This document shows, piece after piece, positions 1 to 11,648 of a DNA stretch of 64,000 bases; positions within the stretch are counted from its first letter, which is position 1, and each line of letters opens with the position of its first letter. Below the pieces are notes generated by a model. It saw only the letters and a list, made by a program, of their open reading frames with translations, was not told the origin of the DNA and searched no databases. A program made the position numbers and the translations under genes. The stretch spans positions 768,001-832,000 of the forward strand of contig CAVSHF010000005.1 in assembly GCA_963727805.1 (NCBI GenBank). The letters run 5' to 3'. The stretch comes from an uncultured Nitrospiraceae bacterium. Lineage in GTDB: Bacteria; Nitrospirota; Thermodesulfovibrionia; Thermodesulfovibrionales; Dissulfurispiraceae.

Positions 1-111
1 TAATTAACAGGGCAAGACTCCGCATAAAATACACACGATAAATCGTGCTCATTGCTTCGGTTACATTAAGGACTAGGGGGACTGCTATAGATATAATGAT
101 AGAAACAGATC

Positions 112-1014
112 ATGCGTAAAGAAAAAGAAATGGGGCATATCAAGCTATTATTAATTGAAGACGATCCAGCAGATACGGAGCTTTTCAAGGATATACTATC
201 CGACATACGCCATGCGACGATAGATATCGCTTGCGCTAATCGTCTTTCATCCGCATTTAAATATCTTGAGGATGGGAGTATAGATGTAATTCTTACTGAT
301 CTAGACCTGCCGGATAGTCACGGACTTGATACTGTGATCAATATAAATGAGAAATTTCTGGAAGTGCCGGTTATCGTATTGTCCGGTTTCGATCATGAAG
401 ATCTGGCTATCGAGTCAGTAAAGTTAGGTGCTCAGGACTATCTCATCAAGGGACAGATCGATGCCGATCGCCTCATACGCTCAATACGTTATTCCATTGA
501 ACGGCACCGTCTAATTCAAGAACTGAAATCACTCGCCATTAAAGACGAATTGACCGGCCTTTATAACCGGCGTGGGTTTCTGGTACTTGCCAGAAAACAG
601 CTTGAAATGGCTGCAAGAGTCAACAAATTATTATGGTTGATTTACTTAGATATAGACAACATGAAATGGATTAACGATAATCTAGGACACAAACAAGGTG
701 ATGAAGCATTAATTGATATGTCCGATATCCTCAAACATACATTTCGTGAATCCGACATTATTGCCCGCATAGGAGGCGACGAATTTGCAATTGTTGCACT
801 GAATGAATTTGAGCCAGATTCTCATAAGATGGTTGCACGCATTCGGGACAACACCACGAACTTCAATGCACATGGGGGACGGGCTTATAAATTATCGGTC
901 AGCACAGGATTGGTAGCCTGTGATTCCGTACCTGACTGCAACATTAATGAATTACTATCCATAGCAGATAAATTTATGTATGAAGAAAAAAAGAGCAAGA
1001 AAAACGCAACTTGA
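112..1014 (+). CDS. Response regulator diguanylate cyclase (REC-GGDEF)
   Basis: N-terminal receiver (LLIEDD, ILTDLDLPD, DYLIK); C-terminal DELTGLYNRRGF, RESD inhibitory site and GGDEF. The start may be the ATG at 130. Confidence 0.93.
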   Translation: MRKEKEMGHIKLLLIEDDPADTELFKDILSDIRHATIDIACANRLSSAFKYLEDGSIDVILTDLDLPDSHGLDTVININEKFLEVPVIVLSGFDHEDLAIESVKLGAQDYLIKGQIDADRLIRSIRYSIERHRLIQELKSLAIKDELTGLYNRRGFLVLARKQLEMAARVNKLLWLIYLDIDNMKWINDNLGHKQGDEALIDMSDILKHTFRESDIIARIGGDEFAIVALNEFEPDSHKMVARIRDNTTNFNAHGGRAYKLSVSTGLVACDSVPDCNINELLSIADKFMYEEKKSKKNAT

Positions 1015-1079
1015 TGCCAACCGCTGAAGCGCTCTGGTCGCCTATATCACTCATTTATCTTTGGAAGGCTAAAATATGA

Positions 1080-1371
1080 AGTTGCACCCCGAAACATCCG
1101 AAGCGCCTGCCAACCAGGAGGGCGCGCACACTCCGACCAGAGACGCCCCGGTTAGGTTCACCTACCGGATATTCCCGTCGTCATTGAGGGTTCAATAGCC
1201 TACAGGAGCGAAATCGTAGCGGGTGGTGTAGCGTCAAGCCCGGTTTCCCCCTCTGCCCGTGAATGTCCGAGTTCGTCGTTCTGCACTTCCACCTCAATCC
1301 GGCGCACCTGGAGGGCTGGATCAGCCGTTGTGTGTCGGCCTACGTCAAGTGGGAGATCGCATCATTCTTCC
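1080..1371 (-). pseudogene. 3' fragment of a degraded PAS-domain gene (type usually found downstream of CheB/CheR fusions)
   Basis: Manual minus-strand translation across frameshifts and stops: ...HLT*ADTQRLIQ/ALQVRRIEVEVQNDEL...RYDFAPVGY*TLNDDGNIR*VNLTGASLVGV. This resembles the ELQVHQIELEMQNEEL...YDFAPVGY.TL PAS-linker pattern. Confidence 0.75.
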
Positions 1372-2534
1372 AGATTGACGAGGAGAGCGTAAAGAAGCAT
1401 CTTGGAGAGATCGTCAAGGGGACGGTCCAGGAGACATTGAACAAGCTTTTGGACGAAGAGGCGGCGAGGCTCTGTAATGCGCAAAAGTATGAGCGGACAG
1501 ATGCCCGAGAAGATAGTCGAGCGGGCCATTATAAAAGGTCACTTCATACGACAGCAGGGGAAGTTGAAATAAAGATGCCGAAGCTAAGGACACTACCGTT
1601 TGAGACGGCGATTATAGATCGGTACCGGCGGAGGCAGTCATCTGTTGAGGAAGCGCTCGTAGAGATGTACCTTGCTGGAGTGTCGGTAAGAAGAGTCGAA
1701 GACATTACCGAAGCGCTCTGGGGTACAAAGGTAAGTCCTGGGACAGTATCGAATCTGAATGCGAAGATATACAAGACGATAGAGGCATGGCGACAGAGGC
1801 CGATAGAAGGGACGTATCCTTATGTATATCTTGACGGCATAGCTCTGAAGCGCAGCTGGGGCGGAGAAGTAGGGAATGTCGCAGTTCTTGTTGCGATAGG
1901 AGTCGATCAAGCAGGATATCGGCATATATTAGGTGTAGCCGAAGGGGCGAAAGAAGACAAAGCAAGCTGGAGCTCCTTTTTGAAGTACTTGAAAGAGAGA
2001 GGACTCAAGGGAGTGGAGTTATTCATAACGGACAAGTGCCTCGGACTGGTAGAGTCATTGGTAGAGTTTTATCCTAAAGCGTTATGGCAGCGGTGTGTCG
2101 TGCATTTCTATCGGAACGTTTTTACTGTCGTACCAAAAGGGAAGATAAAAGAAGTTGTGGCTATGGTGAAAGCGATCCATGCTCAAGAGGATAAAGGTGA
2201 AGCAATGAGGAAGGCAACGGTCGTAGCTGAGAAACTTCGTGGCATGAAATTGAGCCGTGCCGCAGAAATAGTACGAGAGGGCATAGAAGAGACGTTGAGG
2301 TATTACAGATTCCCAAGAGAGCACTGGCTTCGAATAAGGACGAATAATCCTCTTGAAAGAATCATGAAAGAGATCAGGCGGAGGACATCAGTTGTCGGAT
2401 GCTTTCCCGATGGCAATTCTGCACTGATGCTGGTAGCAGCACGGCTTCGACATATAGCCGGGACCAAGTGGGGGTTAAAGCAGTATCTCAAGATGGATCG
2501 CCTTACCGACCAGGCGAAGGAATCAGCTGCATAA
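1263..2534 (+). CDS. IS256-family (Mutator-type DDE) transposase; the first ~36 codons come from host flank
   Basis: Motifs YERT...RAGHYKRSL, EMYLAGVSVRRV, YVYLDG, LFITD, WQRCVVHFYRN, IRTNNPLERIMKEIRRR. Confidence 0.9.
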   Translation: MSEFVVLHFHLNPAHLEGWISRCVSAYVKWEIASFFQIDEESVKKHLGEIVKGTVQETLNKLLDEEAARLCNAQKYERTDAREDSRAGHYKRSLHTTAGEVEIKMPKLRTLPFETAIIDRYRRRQSSVEEALVEMYLAGVSVRRVEDITEALWGTKVSPGTVSNLNAKIYKTIEAWRQRPIEGTYPYVYLDGIALKRSWGGEVGNVAVLVAIGVDQAGYRHILGVAEGAKEDKASWSSFLKYLKERGLKGVELFITDKCLGLVESLVEFYPKALWQRCVVHFYRNVFTVVPKGKIKEVVAMVKAIHAQEDKGEAMRKATVVAEKLRGMKLSRAAEIVREGIEETLRYYRFPREHWLRIRTNNPLERIMKEIRRRTSVVGCFPDGNSALMLVAARLRHIAGTKWGLKQYLKMDRLTDQAKESAA

Positions 2535-2595
2535 TAACTGAGGATGCCAGATTGAAGACACCAAAACAAATGTGCGAAAGATTCTTGACACTATC
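1372..2595 (+). mobile_element. IS256-family insertion sequence, left end deleted
   Basis: Transposase ORF followed by a right-end-like sequence ending ...GCGAAAGATTCTTGACACTATC (2595). No matching left end is visible. TTCTTCC flanks both sides (1365-1371 and 2596-2602). Confidence 0.85.
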
Positions 2596-2674
2596 TTCTT
2601 CCCCTCTCTCAGTCTTTCTTCAGCCTGGTTGCGGAGCGCTGTAGCATCGGGGACAGGTTCTTGTCCTTCTTCAT
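2596..2674 (-). pseudogene. 5' fragment of the IS-interrupted PAS-domain gene
   Basis: ATG at 2674 just after the CheB/CheR stop. MKKDKNLS/(frameshift)DATALRNQAEERLREGK joins in frame to the fragment at 1371 once the IS and one target copy are removed. Confidence 0.7.
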
Positions 2675-2685
2675 TACGCTTTTGT

Positions 2686-5682
2686 CTAGCCCTTGTCACG
2701 TCCCGGCAGGGGCTGGCGGTCGGTGATGTCCTCGACAATGACGCCGAAGCGGTCGGGGCTTTCCCCGGATCGGAAGACATTGCAGTGGTAGAGTCTTCCA
2801 GTCGGCTTGTGGCACATGTCAAAGCTGCTCGAGACCCCAGTTACGGCCACTTGCCCGAATGCCTTAATCCAGCTCGCTTCTGTGCCGGGCCAAACTTCAT
2901 GGACCGTCTTGCCCCGCACTTCAGCGTTCTTTACACCCGTAATCTGCTCATACGCCTTGTTGACAAAGACAAACCGGGAACTGATAAAATTGCCATCCTC
3001 ATCAAGTACTGATTCAAACAATCCGAATCCGCTGGGCATGTTCTCAAAGAGTGATTTCAGAACACGTTCTCTTTCCCAGAGCGCTGCCTCCAGTTTCTTT
3101 GCAATACTAATGTCCGTAAAAGTGAGCACTAAGCCGTCAATCCGGTTTTCCAGCGTACGGTAGGGCATGATGCGCACCAGAAACCAGCGTCCGTCATTGG
3201 TTGCAATCGGTTTCTCTATGAAGACCAAGGTACGCAGCACCTCCTGGGCATCCATGACTAGTCCGGGGTAGTCCAAGGCTGTGACAATGTCGGTGATGGG
3301 TCGGCCCGCGTCAGAGGCAATCAGCTTGATGATTCGGGCGGTCTGAGGAGTGAAGCGCCGCACATTGAGTGCGTCATCGAGAAACAGGGTAGCGATGTCG
3401 GTGCTATTTAGGAGGTTCTTCATGTCGTTGTTCGCCCGCGACAACTCATTCACCTTAACCTCCTGCTCATGGTTGACCGTTTGCAGTTCTTCGTTGAGCG
3501 ACTGCATCTCCTCCTTGGAGGTGGTCAATTCCTCATTGGTGCTCTGCAACTCCTCATTGGTGCTCTGCAACTCCTCGTTGGTGGATTTGAGTTCCTCCTG
3601 CGAGGTCTGCATCTCTTCGCGGGTAACCCGCAACTCTTCACGGCCCTGCTGAAGTTCTTGCTCTAACTCTCTTTGTCGGATTCTGCTGACGGAAGTCCTT
3701 TGGGATTTGTCCGGCGTTATTGTTTCGGAAGGCATGGCCACGTCAGTAAAGACGATCAACACCATACCTTGCAACGCTTCCGGCTCAGTCAATAGCTGGA
3801 CGGTGACATCGACGGTCTGCACTCCGCCGTTGGTCCCCACCTTCATGCCCTTCAGGATGACCGTACCTTTTAGCCTGAGTGCTTTTTGGAAGGCGCTGTT
3901 CAGATCAAAGCGCAGACCTTCGCGGGCCATAGCAAAGATGTTCCAATTGGCCTTGCCAGCCGCCGGTTCAAGGTACTTGCCTGTTCGGCCGTTAACATAA
4001 AGGATATCGCCCTTATCGCTTGTCAGTACGGCCGCCGGGCAATGATGCTGCAACAGAAATTGATCTGCCAGTGACTGAAAGTTGGGGACGCCTGTTCGCA
4101 CCTTTGGCTGAGTAGTCGCACCATGCGGCTCACCTGGCAGCGGAGGAATAAATGATGAGGGGAATTCAACCGGTGCTGCGCGCAGGATGGAATCGCGCCG
4201 CCGGAAAAGCCGCGTCTTACCATCCAGCGAGGCAAAGAGATCGGAAAACGCACCGACGGTCTCCGCGCTCCCTAAAAACAGGACTCCGCCGGGATTCAGG
4301 CTATAGTGAAAAAGGGGAATAAGTTTGCTTTGCAACTCCCGATCGAGATAGATAAGCAGATTGCGGCAGATCAAAAGGTCCAGCTTGGTGAAGGGTGGAT
4401 CCATTATCAAGTTCTGCGGGGCAAAAACCACCATCTCGCGGATAGCCTTACCTACCCGGTAGCTATTCTCGTCCTCCACAAAGAACCGACGCAGGCGCTC
4501 CGGTGAAACGTCCGCAGCGATGTTGGCCGGATAGACGCCCGCGCGGGCCTTGTCGATGGCGTCTCGGTCTAGATCGGTTGCAAAGACCTGAAGCGAAAAG
4601 TTCCCGATTGGCTTGACCTGCTCAAGCGCTTCTTTGAATACGATTGCCAGGGAATAGGCTTCTTCACCTGTGGAGCAACCAGGTGTCCATGCCCGCAGCA
4701 CGCCACCCTTCGGGCGGGCCGCCAGCAGAAACGGAATAACGTCTTCTTTTAGCTGCTCCCAAGCTGCAGGGTCCCGGAAAAAGCTGGTCACACCGATCAG
4801 AAGCTCTTTAAAGAGTAGCTCGACTTCCTGCGGGTTCTCCTGCAGATACCGGAAGTAAATAGCAATCTTGTCGATCTGGTGGATGCCCATGCGCCTCTCA
4901 ATCCGGCGGTATATGGTGCTCTTTTTATAGAGGGAAAAGTCTTGGCCAGTCTGCATCCTGAGAAGAATAAATATCTTTTCAAGGGCGCTCTGCGCCTTGC
5001 TCTCCAGAGATAGGTCGCGCCGGGTGACAAGAGGCGCGTAATGAAGATAACCGATAATCCTGCCAGGCAGTTCCTCCACCGGGGCAACCACATCGGCTAA
5101 TCCAGCTTCGATAGCGCTTCTGGGCATGCTGTCGAACTTGGCCGAGGTCAGTGCCTGTACGAAGACAGTCCCGGCTTTTTCCTTTATAGCCCGCAAACCG
5201 AGCGTCCCGTCTGAGCCCATGCCTGAGAGGATGACGCCTATGCTTCTGTCCTGCTGGTCATCGGCTAGGGACCGAAAAAAGAAATCAATGGGCAGACGCA
5301 TGCCTCGGGGTGCCAGCGGCACGAGAAGGTGCAGTACCCCGTGGAGGATAGACATGTCCTTGTTGGGTGGTATGACATAGACATGGTTCGGCTCGACCTT
5401 CATCCGGTCTTTGACCTGAACGATTGGCATTAATGTTGCTCGCTGGAGCAGTTCCACCATGATACCCTTGTGAGTCGGGTCTAGGTGCTGGACAATGATA
5501 AAAGCCATAGCACTTCCCGACGGCACGTTCTTCAGAAATAACTCCAAGGCTTCGAGCCCTCCCGCGGACGCCCCAATGCCGACGATGGGGAAAGCACTTT
5601 TCTCATAGCGTCCAGATACGTCTGTCGGTGATTTGCTATGCGGTTTGGGCTTACGAAGGCTGGTCTTTGACGATTTCTTCAC
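2686..5682 (-). CDS. CheB methylesterase / CheR methyltransferase fusion with coiled coil and PAS domains
   Basis: CheB motifs [18 protein letters not shown]; CheR motifs [34 protein letters not shown] heptads; C-terminal PAS domains. Confidence 0.93.
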   Translation of the reverse strand: MKKSSKTSLRKPKPHSKSPTDVSGRYEKSAFPIVGIGASAGGLEALELFLKNVPSGSAMAFIIVQHLDPTHKGIMVELLQRATLMPIVQVKDRMKVEPNHVYVIPPNKDMSILHGVLHLLVPLAPRGMRLPIDFFFRSLADDQQDRSIGVILSGMGSDGTLGLRAIKEKAGTVFVQALTSAKFDSMPRSAIEAGLADVVAPVEELPGRIIGYLHYAPLVTRRDLSLESKAQSALEKIFILLRMQTGQDFSLYKKSTIYRRIERRMGIHQIDKIAIYFRYLQENPQEVELLFKELLIGVTSFFRDPAAWEQLKEDVIPFLLAARPKGGVLRAWTPGCSTGEEAYSLAIVFKEALEQVKPIGNFSLQVFATDLDRDAIDKARAGVYPANIAADVSPERLRRFFVEDENSYRVGKAIREMVVFAPQNLIMDPPFTKLDLLICRNLLIYLDRELQSKLIPLFHYSLNPGGVLFLGSAETVGAFSDLFASLDGKTRLFRRRDSILRAAPVEFPSSFIPPLPGEPHGATTQPKVRTGVPNFQSLADQFLLQHHCPAAVLTSDKGDILYVNGRTGKYLEPAAGKANWNIFAMAREGLRFDLNSAFQKALRLKGTVILKGMKVGTNGGVQTVDVTVQLLTEPEALQGMVLIVFTDVAMPSETITPDKSQRTSVSRIRQRELEQELQQGREELRVTREEMQTSQEELKSTNEELQSTNEELQSTNEELTTSKEEMQSLNEELQTVNHEQEVKVNELSRANNDMKNLLNSTDIATLFLDDALNVRRFTPQTARIIKLIASDAGRPITDIVTALDYPGLVMDAQEVLRTLVFIEKPIATNDGRWFLVRIMPYRTLENRIDGLVLTFTDISIAKKLEAALWERERVLKSLFENMPSGFGLFESVLDEDGNFISSRFVFVNKAYEQITGVKNAEVRGKTVHEVWPGTEASWIKAFGQVAVTGVSSSFDMCHKPTGRLYHCNVFRSGESPDRFGVIVEDITDRQPLPGRDKG
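3530..3592. repeat. 21-bp coding tandem repeat (ELQSTNE heptads)
   Basis: TCCTCATTGGTGCTCTGCAAC occurs twice exactly, followed by a degenerate third copy, inside the CheB/CheR ORF. Confidence 0.85.
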
Positions 5683-6708
5683 AGTTCCTCTCTTTCGTCT
5701 AGAAACAAACGGGAGATGTCTAGGACATTGGCCCTATGTACTGCAGAGAAGGACTTACAGGCATTGGGCCAATCCATTTTGCCATTCATTAGTTGCTCCA
5801 GTGTTTCACCCTTCACATTTCAAATATGCCAACAATAAAACAATAGTTGTCTAATCATATCATTAAAGAGGATGTGATTAGAAGGTTTTCATCCACTTTC
5901 TATAGTTTCCTACCGAATACCTTAACAGCGTACAGTACCCCCCACTGTTAATGTCTTCACATCGTTTTGTAGACTCAGATGGGGATTCATTGCATAAAGT
6001 CGTGACAATATTTACAGCAGCCAGTTGCATTCTGCGCTTCATAGCGAAACAATTTCACCAACCGAGAAGTCAGACAGATGACAGTTTGAACAATCAAAAC
6101 ACTCCTCCCTCTTATGATCCATGCGCCCAGTCAGTTCGTGGTACCGCTGAGAAAGCCCGAACACCTCATGGGGTTTCTTGTCTGCTTTCATGGAGCTACT
6201 TGCAAAGCAGGTACACTTTTGTCAGAGGAAGTGCATTATTCTGGCTGATGTGTGAGACGTTGCAACTCAGGCGCAAACCGCCTGCTATCTGAGACTAGTG
6301 GACTTCCAAAAGGTCAATTCTATGCACCGATAGAGAATTTGCAAAGCAGAGAATTAACTCGATAAGAGTGAAAATCAAGATTCTTTTAACCGACAACCAC
6401 AATAAATATAGTATTTCAAAAGGATATACCTCTTTGAAGACAGACTTTCAAATCCAGGTCCATATTTTGTCTCTTTCCAAGGGATCTCTGATATACATTG
6501 GAGCATGACAAAACTGAGATTTATAGTAAACAAAGCACCCCATTCATCGGTAAAGTCAGCTGCAGCACTTCGGGTAGATGGTAGCTTACTTCACGCTGCT
6601 TCCTCTTCACACTCCTCAATCGTGATATAATTATGATTGTTGCACTCTACAATCATGAGTGTCTAAAGCCTTTGATGTTTGTCCCGACCAACGTCTCAGG
6701 GAGAATCG

Positions 6709-6918
6709 ATGGAAGAGTTTGCCTTGGATAACAGTGAATTTATCGAATTGAATAGCCTGTTGAAAGTCATGGGACTGTGCGACAGCGGAGGTATGGCTAA
6801 AGCGGCGATTTCAGAAGGGCATGTCACGGTTGATAGCAACGTGGAACTACGCAAGCGCTGCAAAATACGCAAAGATCAGATTATTGAATATAAAGGGCAT
6901 AAGATAGTTGTAAAATAA
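6709..6918 (+). CDS. S4-domain RNA-binding protein (YbcJ/YaaA-like)
   Basis: FIELNSLLKVMGLCDSGGMAKAAISEGHVTVD...RKRCKI; ATG at 6709 preceded by GGGAG. Confidence 0.88.
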   Translation: MEEFALDNSEFIELNSLLKVMGLCDSGGMAKAAISEGHVTVDSNVELRKRCKIRKDQIIEYKGHKIVVK

Positions 6919-6980
6919 TGGAACTGATGTCCAAATCATTTTAATGCATATTAATCAGCCTATGACTGAACAACTCATAT

Positions 6981-7751
6981 TCAAAGACTATCGCAGGGTT
7001 CTGCAATCGTCAATGTATCCCGGCCGTAGATAGATCTGACTTCGTCCGTATAACTACCGTCACCTTTGTACAAGTAAAGCGGCCTATCGACTTTAAGCCC
7101 TGGTTTCCCTTCTTTCACTGCCTCAATAAGCACCATCTTGGCCTGGGATGTTTCGTTCGAATGGACGAAGCGCAAGCGCTTCGGTTCGAGATAATGCTGC
7201 CTCATAGTATCTAGCACCTCGGCGAGCCGTTCCGGCAGATGTATAATGCAGAGCCTGCCGTGATGCAACAAGAGTGAAAGCGCCGATTTCATGAGGGCCG
7301 CAATGGGCAGGTGTATTTCATGTCTCGCCAACGCCCGTTCGTCGGAAGGACTGGTTAGACCTGTCTTCGTCTTTCTGAATGGCGGATTTGCAACCACAAG
7401 GTCGTACGAGTGCAGAACATTGCTTCCAGTCTTCCCAGATTCCCCGTTCGAAAAGAGTCCCTTGATATCGGCATGCACAACTAGCACCCTTTCATCGAGT
7501 CCGTTGAGGGCCGCGTTCTTTTCGGCGAGTTTAACGAGACCTTCCTGGAGTTCGATGAGAGTTACTTGTGCTAAAGGATATTTCCTTGCGAGAAGAAGAC
7601 CGATTATACCGGACCCTGCTCCCAAATCGGCGATCTTCTTTATGCGCGGACTCGTGACAAATGATGAGAGCAGCACTGCGTCGGAAGAAAAGCGATAGCC
7701 TTCTTTGTGCTGATAGAGCTGGATGCTGAGGATTGAATCAAGTGTCAGCAT
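6981..7751 (-). CDS. tRNA1(Val) adenine-N6 methyltransferase-like protein
   Basis: YQ..EGYRFSSDAVLL, DLGAGSG, NPPF, ARHE, LEPKRLRFVH. Confidence 0.85.
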   Translation of the reverse strand: MLTLDSILSIQLYQHKEGYRFSSDAVLLSSFVTSPRIKKIADLGAGSGIIGLLLARKYPLAQVTLIELQEGLVKLAEKNAALNGLDERVLVVHADIKGLFSNGESGKTGSNVLHSYDLVVANPPFRKTKTGLTSPSDERALARHEIHLPIAALMKSALSLLLHHGRLCIIHLPERLAEVLDTMRQHYLEPKRLRFVHSNETSQAKMVLIEAVKEGKPGLKVDRPLYLYKGDGSYTDEVRSIYGRDTLTIAEPCDSL

Positions 7752-7788
7752 TCTTTATACCTACGCACCGGCGAACCAGCGCACCGGC

Positions 7789-8847
7789 TTACTCCTCCTT
7801 AATCAAATCCATCAATGCTTCCAGTAATTCACTTTCCTTTACCCTACGAACAACCTCGCCTTTCCTGAACAGAAGTCCCATGCCCTTGCCTCCGGCGATT
7901 CCGAAGTCAGCCGCACGCGCCTCACCAGGGCCGTTTACGACGCATCCCATGACGGCTACCGAAATCGGACGCTCGACCGATCGGAGTGCACGTTCAACTT
8001 CCTGCGCTATCGGGCGCAGATCAACTTGGCAGCGGCCACAGGTCGGACACGATATGATCTCGGCACCACGCCTTCTGATACCGAGCGATCGAAGGATCTC
8101 ATATGCGACGCGGACCTCTTCTTCAGGTTCGGCAGTAAGGGATACGCGCATGGTGTCACCGATTCCTTCCGACAGCAAAATACCGAGCCCGACAGCGCTC
8201 TTGATAGCGCCCGGAATGGTTGGCCCAGTTTCGGTAATACCGATGTGGACCGGGTAGTCGTAACGTTCTGAAAAGATTCGGTATGCGTCAACCGTCATCA
8301 TTACATTTGAAGCCTTGAGCGAGATCTTGATGTCGTGGAACTTCAGATCTTCGAGTATTCTGATATGTCCTTCAGCACTCTCAACGATAGCCTCAGGCGT
8401 AGGATGTCCATATTTCTCCAGAAGATATTTTTCGAGAGATCCGGCGTTGACGCCGATCCGAATTGGCACGCTGCGCTCCTGCGCCGCGGCAACAACCTCT
8501 TTGACCTTCCATGACGCGCCGATGTTGCCAGGATTCAGCCGCAGGCCGTCCATGCCCTGTCTAAGCGCTTCCAGCGCAAGCTTCCAGTCGAAATGTATAT
8601 CGGCTATCATCGGGATGTCTACCTGCTGTTTGATCGCGCCAAGTGCCCTTGCCGCGTCTTCATCGATTACTGCCAGTCGGATAATCTCGCAGCCGGCAGC
8701 CTCAAGCGATTTAATCTGTGCAATCGTTGCAGACACGTTCCTCGTATCAGTCTTAGTCATAGATTGGACCGATATGAGGCTGCTACCACCTATAGGAACG
8801 CTCCCGATATGTATCTGCCTTGTCTCTTTCCGTTTAATCATTATCAT
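7789..8847 (-). CDS. ispG: 4-hydroxy-3-methylbut-2-en-1-yl diphosphate synthase
   Basis: VQSMTKTDT, IADIHFD, RLNPGNIG, RIGVNAGSL, SCPTCGRC, MGCVVNGPGEA. Confidence 0.97.
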   Translation of the reverse strand: MIMIKRKETRQIHIGSVPIGGSSLISVQSMTKTDTRNVSATIAQIKSLEAAGCEIIRLAVIDEDAARALGAIKQQVDIPMIADIHFDWKLALEALRQGMDGLRLNPGNIGASWKVKEVVAAAQERSVPIRIGVNAGSLEKYLLEKYGHPTPEAIVESAEGHIRILEDLKFHDIKISLKASNVMMTVDAYRIFSERYDYPVHIGITETGPTIPGAIKSAVGLGILLSEGIGDTMRVSLTAEPEEEVRVAYEILRSLGIRRRGAEIISCPTCGRCQVDLRPIAQEVERALRSVERPISVAVMGCVVNGPGEARAADFGIAGGKGMGLLFRKGEVVRRVKESELLEALMDLIKEE

Positions 8848-9856
8848 GACTGATCCTTGTCCCGCGCTGCGCAGCAGAAGGTCTCACCTTTCTTATCGCG
8901 ACATTATGCTCCGCGAGGGAAGATGTAAAGATATGAGTTCCGTCCCCGCGGGCGACAAAATAGATATAAGGAACCCTGGCCGGGAAAAGAGCGGCCGTGA
9001 TCGATTTCAAGCCCGGTGATGCAATGGGCCCCGGCGGCAGCCCCTTTATGACATACGTATTGTATGGAGTTTTATTTCTAAGATCGCTGCTTATTATTTT
9101 AGTTTTGCTGCTCTTGACGCCGTAAATAGCTGTGGGATCTGCTTGGAGCGGCATGTCCATCTTCAGTCTGTTGTGATAGACGGCCGAAATAACGGGCCTC
9201 TCTTCATCCGTCTGGGCCTCTTTCTCGATAATCGAAGCAAGGGTCAGAATATCGTTCTCGCTCCATCCAATCTGCTGCATCCTACTCTTGATTTCATCGG
9301 TGTAAGATTCCCTCAGTTTCCCAACCATAAGTCTGATGATGTCGCCGGGCCGGGCTCCTTTGGGAAGCTTGTAAGTCTGGGGGAACAGGTAGCCTTCGAT
9401 GCTTGGGGAATTGATCTTCAGTGACTCCAGCATCGATCCTTCCCGCGCAAGCGCATAAAATGTGTCAGCAGCAACAAAATTTTTCGCGGCTAGTTTTTCG
9501 GAGATTTCGAGCAGACTATCACCTTCAACGATCGTAATCTCATACTCGATGATCTTCCCGTTTCGCAACTGCTGGAACACATCGAAGGGAGATATCCCCC
9601 CCCAGAAACGGTAGTACCCCGCGCGCATCTTTCTATCCACTCCAGTGATAGTGCCGAGGACACGAAAGAGGAATTTATCCCGGATCAGTTTATTCCCGGC
9701 TAAAATGTCTATTGCATTCGTGTAGGTCGCACCATGGGGTATCTCAATCTCTATGGGGGCAGCACCGTTATAAATCGGAAGGAACAATTGAACCAAGATA
9801 TAAAGAGGGGCTATTAAAAATATCGCGGCCAGAATATGTCGTGTCGATTTTTGCAT
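8834..9856 (-). CDS. mltG: Endolytic transglycosylase MltG
   Basis: N-terminal TM segment, EGYLFPQTY, LASIIEKE, LQADPT, PYNTY..KGLPPGPIASPG. Confidence 0.95.
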   Translation of the reverse strand: MQKSTRHILAAIFLIAPLYILVQLFLPIYNGAAPIEIEIPHGATYTNAIDILAGNKLIRDKFLFRVLGTITGVDRKMRAGYYRFWGGISPFDVFQQLRNGKIIEYEITIVEGDSLLEISEKLAAKNFVAADTFYALAREGSMLESLKINSPSIEGYLFPQTYKLPKGARPGDIIRLMVGKLRESYTDEIKSRMQQIGWSENDILTLASIIEKEAQTDEERPVISAVYHNRLKMDMPLQADPTAIYGVKSSKTKIISSDLRNKTPYNTYVIKGLPPGPIASPGLKSITAALFPARVPYIYFVARGDGTHIFTSSLAEHNVAIRKVRPSAAQRGTRISHDND

Positions 9857-9885
9857 ATATTTAGAATAACACACTCATTTAGGCT

Positions 9886-9925
9886 GAAAACAGAAGCAGC
9901 AGGCGTTGTTATCTCGCCTGCTGCT
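9886..9925 (-). terminator. Intrinsic terminator after groEL
   Basis: 11-bp inverted repeat AGCAGCAGGCG / CGCCTGCTGCT (9895-9925), followed on the minus strand by TCTGTTTTC. Confidence 0.7.
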
Positions 9926-9991
9926 ATCATTGTTTCTAATAAATGTCAGTAGAAGCGCGTCGCAACACCCTCCTACTTCCGTCTTCTTCTT

Positions 9992-11626
9992 TTAATACAT
10001 GTCACCCATTCCGCCGCCCGGCATAGAAGGCATCATTTTCTTGTCTTCTTCGGGAATCTCGGTGATCATCACTTCAGTCGTGAGCATAAGGCCCGCAACA
10101 GATGCGGCGTTCTGAAGAGCAGTCCTCGTCACTTTCGTCGGGTCGATGATACCTGCCTTTATCATATCGGTAAACTCTTCCCGATATGCGTCATAGCCGT
10201 AGTTGATATCCTTGGACGCTTTCACCTTCTCGGCGATGATCGAACTCTCCAGTCCAGCGTTTGCGACAATCTGTCTGATCGGCTCTTCAAGCGATTTTTT
10301 AACTATATTAACACCGATCTGCTGGTCGTGATCAAGTTTCGTTTTATCAAGGGACTTGATACATCTGATCAGTGCGACACCACCGCCTGGGACGATACCT
10401 TCCTCAACGGCTGCTCGTGTTGCATGGAGGGCGTCTTCGACGCGGGCTTTCTTTTCTTTCATCTCAGCTTCAGTAGCTGCGCCAACATTGATGACTGCAA
10501 CGCCGCCTACAAGTTTGGCGAGCCTTTCCTGAAGTTTCTCTCTATCATAATCGGAGGTGGTTTCTTCGACCTGGGCCTTAATCTGCTTTACCCTGCCCTG
10601 GATCTTGGCCGGATCGCCGGCGCCTTCGACGATAGTAGTGTTTTCCTTATCGACGGTGATCTTGCGTGCTCTTCCAAGATCGGGAAGCTTTACGTTCTCA
10701 AGCTTGAGACCAAGGTCTTCAGTGATGACTTGCCCTCCCGTAAGGACTGCGATATCTTCGAGCATAGCCTTCCTTCTGTCTCCAAAACCGGGAGCCTTTA
10801 CTGCGCACACTTGAATGGTACCGCGGAGCTTGTTAACTACGAGAGTCGCAAGCGCTTCGCCTTCGACATCCTCGGCAACGATGAGGAGAGGTTTGCCCAT
10901 CTTGGCGGTCTGCTCAAGAATCGGAAGGAGGTCTTTCATGCTAGATACTTTCTTGTCGTGGATAAGGACAAAGGCATCGTCGAGTACACATTCCATCCTG
11001 TCTGCATCGGTAATGAGGTATGGAGACACATAACCCCTGTCAAACTGCATACCTTCGACAACTTCGAGGGCAGTCGCCATACTCTTCGCTTCTTCAACGG
11101 TAATAACGCCGTCCTTTCCGACCTTGTCCATCGCCTCTGCGATAAGCTCTCCGATCGAGGGGTCGTTATTGGCGGAGATAGTACCGACTTGAGCGATCTC
11201 CTTCTTCTCGGCAACGGTCTTGGACATCGTCTTCAGCTCGGCAATGACTATATCGACTGCCTTGTCGATACCCCTCTTGATGTCGATGGAGTTAGCGCCT
11301 GCCGTTACATATTTCATGCCGTCTTTGTAAATAGCATAGGCCAGAACAGTTGCAGTAGTAGTCCCGTCGCCTGCCACATCGGAGGTCTTTGAAGCAACCT
11401 CTCTCAGGAGCTGGGCTCCCATATTCTCATATGGGTCCTTAAGCTCGATTTCTTTTGCTACGGTAACACCGTCTTTGGTAATGGTCGGTGCGCCGAATTT
11501 CTTGTCGATAATGACGTTCCTTCCCCTGGGGCCGAGGGTGGCCTTAACGGCATCGCTGAGAACGGTAATTCCCCTCAGGATTTGTTGCCTTGCGACATCG
11601 CCAAATAAAAGCTGTTTTGCTGACAT
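9992..11626 (-). CDS. groL: Chaperonin GroEL
   Basis: [33 protein letters not shown] tail. Confidence 0.99.
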   Translation of the reverse strand: MSAKQLLFGDVARQQILRGITVLSDAVKATLGPRGRNVIIDKKFGAPTITKDGVTVAKEIELKDPYENMGAQLLREVASKTSDVAGDGTTTATVLAYAIYKDGMKYVTAGANSIDIKRGIDKAVDIVIAELKTMSKTVAEKKEIAQVGTISANNDPSIGELIAEAMDKVGKDGVITVEEAKSMATALEVVEGMQFDRGYVSPYLITDADRMECVLDDAFVLIHDKKVSSMKDLLPILEQTAKMGKPLLIVAEDVEGEALATLVVNKLRGTIQVCAVKAPGFGDRRKAMLEDIAVLTGGQVITEDLGLKLENVKLPDLGRARKITVDKENTTIVEGAGDPAKIQGRVKQIKAQVEETTSDYDREKLQERLAKLVGGVAVINVGAATEAEMKEKKARVEDALHATRAAVEEGIVPGGGVALIRCIKSLDKTKLDHDQQIGVNIVKKSLEEPIRQIVANAGLESSIIAEKVKASKDINYGYDAYREEFTDMIKAGIIDPTKVTRTALQNAASVAGLMLTTEVMITEIPEEDKKMMPSMPGGGMGDMY

Positions 11627-11648
11627 AGTTGTAGTATCCTCCTATTCC

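Noticed and set aside
1263..1371. N-terminal 36 aa of the transposase ORF as a genuine IS256 N-terminus
   Set aside because: It lies outside the target-site copy and is the antisense of the PAS pseudogene.
3530..3592. 21-bp direct repeats as a possible CRISPR array
   Set aside because: Contiguous with no spacers, and they encode coiled-coil heptads. No CRISPR array or cas gene was seen in the window.
5951..6292. 113-aa ORF in the gap upstream of the CheB/CheR gene
   Set aside because: No recognisable domain or clear RBS; left unannotated.
10328..11392. 354-aa plus-strand ORF
   Set aside because: Antisense shadow of groEL with no recognisable motifs.
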